Assembly: GCA_963761335.1 (NCBI GenBank)
Contig: CAVXGR010000025.1
Span: 32,001-96,000, forward strand
Length of the DNA: 64,000 nt
DNA from: an uncultured delta proteobacterium
GTDB lineage: Bacteria > Desulfobacterota > Binatia > HRBIN30 > BPIQ01
Reading direction: 5' to 3'
The notes under the pieces are model-generated. The model had not been told where the DNA came from, searched no databases, and worked only from the letters and a program-made list of their open reading frames with translations. Of the stretch, positions 58,620 to 64,000 are shown piece by piece (positions within the stretch are counted from its first letter, which is position 1; each line of letters starts with the position of its first letter). The position numbers and the translations under genes are program-made.

Positions 58620-59594
58620 ATGGAGCCCACGTTATCCGTAATCGTTCCCGTGCGCGACGAAGAGGAGAACCTCGCGCCGCTGCACGCGGAGCTTTCCGCG
58701 GCGCTCGGCGGCCTGGGCGCGGAGTACGAGATCGTCTACGTCGACGATGGCAGCCGCGACGGCAGCTTTGGCGTGCTGGAGGAGCTGCAAGGACATGATC
58801 CGCACACCACTGTCATTCGCCTGGCGCGGGGGTACGGACAGACGGCGGCGCTCGCGGCCGGCATCGACTGCACCTCGGGGGAGATCATCGTCAGCCTCGA
58901 TGGAGACGGCCAGAACGACCCCGCGGACATCCCCGCCTTGCTGGCGAAGCTCGAGCAGGGCCACGATCTGGTTGCCGGCTGGCGGCGCCCGCGGCGCGAC
59001 GGCCTGGTAACCCGAGTGTGGCCATCGATGATCGCCAACTACGTCATCGGCTGGACCACGGGGGCGCGCTTGCACGACCACGGATGCGGCCTGAAAGTCT
59101 TCCGGCGCCAGGCGCTCGATGGGCTGAAGCTCTTCGGCGAAATGCACCGTTTCATTCCGGCTCTGGCGAGTGAGCTCGGGGCCCGGGTTACCGAGCTCCC
59201 CGTGAACCACCGGCCGCGGCGCCGGGGCGCTTCCAAGTACGGTCTGGGGCGGACGCGCCGGGTTCTGCTCGACCTGGTCGCGGTGCGCTTTCTGTGGGGC
59301 AGGGATTCGAGCCCGATCCAGCTCTTCGGCACCATCGGGCTCGTCATCGGCGGCGCCGGGATAGCGCTCACCGGGTTTCTCGGTGCCCAGCGCATCTTCT
59401 TCGACGTGGCGCTCGCCGAGCGGCCGCTCGTGTGGCTCGCGATCCTGCTGACCCTCATCGGCTTGCAGATGCTGGCAATGGGTCTTCTCGGCGAGCTGGT
59501 GGTGCGGACGCACCGGGAGATCCTCGGCGGTCAGGGGTATCGCGTCGCCGAGACCCGCGGGAAGAGCCGTGCGCGGCACACACCGAACCACTGA
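58620..59594 (+). CDS. GT2 polyprenyl-phosphate glycosyltransferase (ArnC/GtrB-like)
   Basis: SVIVP, VDDGSRD, GQTAA, DGDGQNDP, GEMHRFIP, GASKYG and two C-terminal TM segments. Confidence 0.92.
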   Translation: MEPTLSVIVPVRDEEENLAPLHAELSAALGGLGAEYEIVYVDDGSRDGSFGVLEELQGHDPHTTVIRLARGYGQTAALAAGIDCTSGEIIVSLDGDGQNDPADIPALLAKLEQGHDLVAGWRRPRRDGLVTRVWPSMIANYVIGWTTGARLHDHGCGLKVFRRQALDGLKLFGEMHRFIPALASELGARVTELPVNHRPRRRGASKYGLGRTRRVLLDLVAVRFLWGRDSSPIQLFGTIGLVIGGAGIALTGFLGAQRIFFDVALAERPLVWLAILLTLIGLQMLAMGLLGELVVRTHREILGGQGYRVAETRGKSRARHTPNH

Positions 59595-61104
59595 GCTCTA
59601 CTGGGTCCTGCTGCTGGCGCTGATCCTCGGCGGGGAGATCTGGCTGCGCGGCGGCAACCTGGGGAGCAACAGCTTCTTCGTCGACGAGTATTTCCACGTC
59701 TACGCCGCCCAGGGACTGCTCGAACACGGACAGCCGCTGATGCCGGGGGGCGGGGTGTATCGCCGGGCGTTGCCGTACTCGTACGCAGTGGCCGCCTTCT
59801 TCAAAATCTTCGGGGTCTCGGAGTGGAGTGCCCGACTGCCGAGCCTGATTGCCAGCAGTCTGCTGGTTCTGCTTGTCTTCGCCGCCGGCAGGTGCTGGTT
59901 CGGAGTGGCCGCCGGCCTGCTCGCGGCGGCGATTGTGGCAGTCGGTCCGCCGCTCACGTTCACCGCCCGGCTGTGCCGCATGTACGCTCCTTTCGAGCTT
60001 CTCTATCTGGCGGCGCTGTTCGCCTACGAGCGGGGCTGGGAGCAGAAGACGATCGCGGATGGTTCTCCGTTCTGGAAGATCGCCACCCCGCTCCTCTTGT
60101 ACGCCAGCTACCGCATGCACAGCCTGACGGCGAACTTCGTCCCGGCCATCGCCCTCTACTGGGTGTTGATGCTGGCGACTGTCGGAGATCGCCGCTACGC
60201 GCTCTATCTGCTGGGCGCGATCGGCGCGGTGCTGCTGGTCTGGGCGAGCGGGATCATCGACGTCGGGAGCCTCTGGAGCGGCGCCACGGCTGCGCCGGCG
60301 TGGGCGGTGCGCGGAAAGGAATTCGACTTCTACGTCTCGGCGTGGGCGGGAGCTTACCGAGGGCTGTGGTGGATCGTCGGCGCAGCGGTCTTGTTCGCCT
60401 GCGCGCGCCTGGGAAGAAGAGGCGTGCTGTTGGCCTGCCAGCTCGTGGTTCCTCTGACGCTGCTGTCATTGGTGTTCGCTCGCAAGGAGCAGCGCTACGC
60501 GTCTTTCCTGTTTCCGCTCATGGCTCTCCTGGTGGCGCCGTTTCTGGTGTGGATGGTGCGCGAGATCGTCGCCTGGCTGCGACGCACCATCTGGCGCTCC
60601 GAGGCGCCGGTGCCCTTCGCCCTGAAGCTGGTGGTTGCCGCCCAGATCGCCGTCCTCGCAATCGCATGGCTCGCCCCCTCGATCCGCATCTCCTATGCGA
60701 TGCGCAGCGCCTACATGCCGGACTATCGCGCCGCCTACGCGCGCATCGCCGCACTGGCGCACCCAGGCGATGCCCTCTTCACCTCGGTGGGGTACTCGGC
60801 CGTCTATTACCTGGGGCGCGACGGCGTTGCCCTCCAGAGCCCCGATGCCGAGGCGGGTTCCCCCGGACTGTGGCTGCGTTGGTATCGCGACGGAAGATGG
60901 CAGCAGACTCTCGCGGACCTCCAGCGTGCCCGCAGGACGCAGCCCCGCGGCTGGCTGGTGACCGAGCAGGGGTGGTTCGCCAACGACTCGATCATCGCCT
61001 TCCCGGTGCGCCAGTTCATCGGGGCGACCATGCGCCCTGAGCCCATCGAGGACGGCGCCGGCGTGATGGTATTTCGCTGGGGGCAGGAGCCGCAGTCGCC
61101 CTGA
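59569..61104 (+). CDS. GT-C (GT39/ArnT-like) membrane glycosyltransferase
   Basis: FVDE after TM1, FGVSEWSARLPS, RMY, RY motifs and many TM segments. Confidence 0.8.
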   Translation: MRGTHRTTELYWVLLLALILGGEIWLRGGNLGSNSFFVDEYFHVYAAQGLLEHGQPLMPGGGVYRRALPYSYAVAAFFKIFGVSEWSARLPSLIASSLLVLLVFAAGRCWFGVAAGLLAAAIVAVGPPLTFTARLCRMYAPFELLYLAALFAYERGWEQKTIADGSPFWKIATPLLLYASYRMHSLTANFVPAIALYWVLMLATVGDRRYALYLLGAIGAVLLVWASGIIDVGSLWSGATAAPAWAVRGKEFDFYVSAWAGAYRGLWWIVGAAVLFACARLGRRGVLLACQLVVPLTLLSLVFARKEQRYASFLFPLMALLVAPFLVWMVREIVAWLRRTIWRSEAPVPFALKLVVAAQIAVLAIAWLAPSIRISYAMRSAYMPDYRAAYARIAALAHPGDALFTSVGYSAVYYLGRDGVALQSPDAEAGSPGLWLRWYRDGRWQQTLADLQRARRTQPRGWLVTEQGWFANDSIIAFPVRQFIGATMRPEPIEDGAGVMVFRWGQEPQSP

Positions 61105-61121
61105 CAGCCCGGTCGTATCCC

Positions 61122-61226
61122 CCAGCGGCTGTCCCTGCCGGTCCCGACGAAGCGGATACACTGGCCCTGGTTGCGAAACCCGAAGTTCTTCCAGCCGCCG
61201 TTCTTGCAGTCGTCCATGGACCGGGC
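61122..61226 (-). pseudogene. 3' remnant of a secreted-protein gene (CKNGGW...NQGQC C-terminal motif)
   Basis: DDCKNGGWKNFGFRNQGQCIRFVGTGRDSR with no credible upstream coding sequence. Confidence 0.55.
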
Positions 61227-61360
61227 CTGTGAAACCCCGCTGGGGCTGTGGTACCTTCCGAGCCATGGATACCCGAGCCAGCTTGCGCATACGACGGATC
61301 GCAGCTGCCACGGCGCGCGACCATGTGCTGATTGCGGCGCGGCGCCTCAAGGAGGGGAAA

Positions 61361-61852
61361 ATGGGGGAGAGCAGCGAAGCCCCGGACAAGGCTGCGGCTC
61401 TCCTCGACGCCGCGCGCGCGCTGGAGGGCATTGGTGCCCCCTACGCACTGATTGGGGGTGTCGCCGTCGGCATTCACTCCGGTGTGCCGCGCGCCACATT
61501 GGACACGGACCTGGCGGTGCGATCGGGCTGTGATCGCGCTGCGCTAGCTGGCGCTCTGGTCGATGCCGGCTTCCGAGCCGTGGGCGAACATCCGCACAGC
61601 GCCAATTTTCGTCACCGCTCCGGAGAGCCACTCCAGCTTGCATTCGATCCGGCGTTCGACCCGATGATCGAACGCGCCGAGAGCTTTACGGTCGAGGAGG
61701 TCTCGATCCACATTGTGCGCAAGGATGATCTGATCGAGATGAAACGCCGCGCCGCCGCCGATCCGGCCCGGCGCAAGAGCAAGGCGCTGCGCGATCAAGC
61801 GGATGTCGAGCTCCTCTCCGGCGACGTCCCGGACCCCGACGAGGGCTGGTAA
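61361..61852 (+). CDS. Nucleotidyltransferase (AbiEii/DUF6036-like)
   Basis: YALIGGVAV...RATLDTDL (GG + DxD), DLIEMK and DQADVELL. AAGGAGG RBS. Alternative in-frame ATG at 61265. Confidence 0.78.
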   Translation: MGESSEAPDKAAALLDAARALEGIGAPYALIGGVAVGIHSGVPRATLDTDLAVRSGCDRAALAGALVDAGFRAVGEHPHSANFRHRSGEPLQLAFDPAFDPMIERAESFTVEEVSIHIVRKDDLIEMKRRAAADPARRKSKALRDQADVELLSGDVPDPDEGW

Positions 61853-61859
61853 CTGGCCG

Positions 61860-62022
61860 GGAGGAGGGAGATCGGGGTCGGGGGAACGCGCCGGTACCGG
61901 CCCCGGGAGATCGCCGCGAGACCGAGGTGCTCGAGAATCCTCGCGACCACGCTCGGGTCCTTGATCGTTGCCACCAAGCGCAGGCGGCCGCCGCAATCGG
62001 GGCACGCCAAAATGTCAAATTC
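61860..62022 (-). mobile_element. IS91/ISCR-type transposase C-terminal remnant, frameshifted
   Basis: EFDILACPDCGGRLRLVATIKDPSVVARILEHLGL, then PARSP in another frame. Confidence 0.75.
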
Positions 62023-62402
62023 GCAAACTCGGCGGAGAAGATCTCCTTACGGAAAATGGCGGGGGCGCAAATAGGCAACGGTTTCCGGCGGGGCGCGCGG
62101 CGCTGCCAACCCCTCGTCGTCGGGGGCGGCGGGCGACAAGAATCCGCTTGCAGCCGGCGCCGCCGCGGATGCCGGCCCGGCCGCAGGCGCACAAGCCCCC
62201 TCGCGGCCAAGCGCCGTTACCCCGTTTCGCGTGCTCTCCTCGTTAGGCCAGGGGGTCCGTACCCTCGCGACCGCAGCCGCGCGGCGCGAAGGCGCCGTGT
62301 TTATCCGCAGCGCCTGATTGTGCGGAGTCCGCCACCGCGGACCCCCTCTCCGTTGGGGTGGCCGTGGCGCTGACTCCGCATAATCTCGCCGGCGAACGTC
62401 AA

Positions 62403-62465
62403 TCAGCGGACCGTATAGCCGATCCCCGAGTTCCCTCCGGCAACGAGAACGACGTCGCGATTCAT
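62403..62465 (-). pseudogene. SDR N-terminal remnant
   Basis: ATG 62465 gives MNRDVVLVAGGNSGIGYTVR then stop. GxxxGIG Rossmann start. Confidence 0.55.
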
Positions 62466-62665
62466 GTTTCCCCCATGGTTCGTCGTTGTCCCCCCCTGGC
62501 CGATCCCTTTCCAGCTTTGCGCAAGTCCGGAAAAGTTCTACGGCGTCGCAACGTCAGGAACGCCCGGGTCTTCGTCGAAAAACTTGATGATGCGCGCGCG
62601 CACCTCCGGCGTACCGCCGGTTCCCTCGAGGTGTCCGCCCTCGACGACCTCGAAGCGCACGTGGG

Positions 62666-62783
62666 CGGTGGATACGCGCACATAGCGGGCGCTGGTACGG
62701 ATCGAGCTGTGCCCGAGGAGCTGCTGAATCGTGGGCAGGTCGACCCCATCTTCGAGCAGGCGCGTCGCGAAGGAATGGCGCCT
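62666..62783 (-). pseudogene. Tyrosine recombinase C-terminal fragment
   Basis: [33 protein letters not shown]: box II Arg, LLGH and catalytic Tyr. Confidence 0.82.
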
Positions 62784-62850
62784 TGCGGTGACAACGATGC
62801 GTGATGTGCCACACATAGCCCGCCAGGTGATGACGATGGGCGCGGGGCAT
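62782..62850 (-). mobile_element. RAYT/IS200-like Y1 transposase N-terminal remnant
   Basis: AAGGAGGAG RBS then [23 protein letters not shown], matching the MPR..R...G..YH(I/V)T.R start of Y1/REP-associated transposases. Confidence 0.65.
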
Positions 62851-63509
62851 TGCTCTCCTCCTTGAGACGCGCTTTTGGCGCCCGAAATGGACGCGCTAAG
62901 GCCGAAAAACACACCCCGGGGAGACAATTGTCAAGGGTATCTCGGGTCTTGGCGAGGTCCGACCCCGCCCTCGGACCGCCCTCGGACCACACCATCCTCC
63001 GGCGGGCCGTGTACGGGGCGGACAAACGGGATGTCAAGGCGCTACGGCCAAGCGTCCGCGGACCCGTTGGCGTTGCCCGACCCGGCTGGAGCCCGCCGGA
63101 GGCATACCCCGATGCCGACTGCCGATCAGTCGGCGGCCCAATCGGAGGGCTCGAGGCCGGGTAGATATCCAGACGCACGCGCGGGCGCCGGCCTGGGGAC
63201 ATCGACGGACAGCTCGAGATGGTCCGCCTCCAGCCGCTTTCGGCGGACATGCGGAGGATCTTCTCGAGCACCGCTCGCCCGGCACGCCGGAAGCCTCTGC
63301 GGGCGTGTCCTCGATCGTCGCGACAGACGGCGGCGGCCCTGCATCACCGGCGAAGGCTCTGGGTGGGATCGACATGAAAAAGCATAATCCTCCACTTCCG
63401 CATTGACGACCTGCGGATGACGAGATAGGCGAACGTGAAAATCTACTAACTGCTCGGTCGCGCTCGTCCCTCATCATCAGATGAGCCGTTCAGGGGTAGG
63501 TGCTGGGGC

Positions 63510-64000
63510 ATGCGGAGACATTCGGGTCTGGTCAGCGTTTTGTGTATCGCCCTCTTGGCGGCATTCTGGACGTTGGCGACCAGCTCGAGTGTGAAGTCGC
63601 CCCGAGGCCTGAGCGCATGTCCGCAATCGGTGTCCTGCGCGCTGCGCGGCGACATCAACTGTGACGGCAACATCGACGCTGCCGACGTCGCCACGCTGAT
63701 CGATGTGCTCTACTGCGGGCCGTGCACCCAGTGCATCAACCAGGACGTCAACGGTGACGGGCTGATCTCGGCCTCGGACGTCTCCGACCTGGTCGATCTC
63801 ATCGGCACGGGCCTGCCGCAGCATCCGGAGAATGCCGTCTTCGTCTCCAGCCGCCTCGGGGACGACGCCAATCCGGGGACGAAGGAGGCGCCGAAAAAGA
63901 CGATCAGCGCCGGCATTCAGGCTGCCTCGGCGGGCCAGCAGGTGTGCGTCGACCACGGCCCCTACTACGAGAGCCTGACGCTGAAGAGCGGCGTGAACGT
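63510..64000 (+). CDS. Secreted dockerin-domain + DUF1565/beta-helix protein (3' partial, absent from ORF track)
   Basis: Manual translation: signal peptide, GDINCDGNIDAADV and DVNGDGLISASDV (two dockerin calcium loops), then VFVS..GDDANPGTKEAPKKTISAGI...V.V..G.YYE. Confidence 0.82.
   Translation, partial: MRRHSGLVSVLCIALLAAFWTLATSSSVKSPRGLSACPQSVSCALRGDINCDGNIDAADVATLIDVLYCGPCTQCINQDVNGDGLISASDVSDLVDLIGTGLPQHPENAVFVSSRLGDDANPGTKEAPKKTISAGIQAASAGQQVCVDHGPYYESLTLKSGVN

Noticed and set aside
62358..62927. Functional integrase, integron or prophage, and the plus-strand 148-aa ORF
   Set aside because: Only about 40 codons of recombinase remain and no att sites or phage genes were seen. The plus ORF is its antisense shadow.
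62966..63480. Short ORFs upstream of the dockerin gene
   Set aside because: No recognisable motifs or consistent codon bias, so left unannotated.

Overview
High-GC bacterial chromosomal window. The YCF48/RND/DUF1329 module and the secreted cohesin/dockerin-like Thr/Pro-rich proteins suggest a Candidatus Binatia-like deltaproteobacterial lineage (inference only). Contents in order: (1) 1-15 kb: hydrophobic-substrate uptake and beta-oxidation genes (YCF48, RND/MMPL, DUF1329, acyl-CoA dehydrogenase, enoyl-CoA hydratase, acyl-CoA synthetase, SDR, fused EtfB-EtfA, sthA), interrupted by an 18-unit ~84-bp array of GTAG-REP doublets enclosed in imperfect terminal inverted repeats. (2) 15-25 kb: a partly decayed general-stress cluster (tkt, SSADH, HPF, otsB, DksA-like, sodC, internally deleted ku, a degenerate nucleotidyltransferase). 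(3) 28-46 kb: a large beta-1,2-glucan locus combining opgGH, a sugar ABC importer, an uncharacterised discoidin-domain hydrolase, a stand-alone Cgs-type GH94 module and a secreted protein resembling the Cgs middle domain. (4) 46-61 kb: GT39, trpB2, lipoprotein surE, MFS, fabF and a surface-glycan cluster containing a GlpD-like oxidase. (5) 61-63 kb: a mosaic of gene relics (IS91-type transposase tail, tyrosine recombinase motif, RAYT/Y1-transposase N-terminus), followed by a partial dockerin protein. At least four unrelated families of palindromic intergenic repeats are present. No rRNA, tRNA or CRISPR array was recognised. All family assignments are from motif recognition by eye, not database searches.
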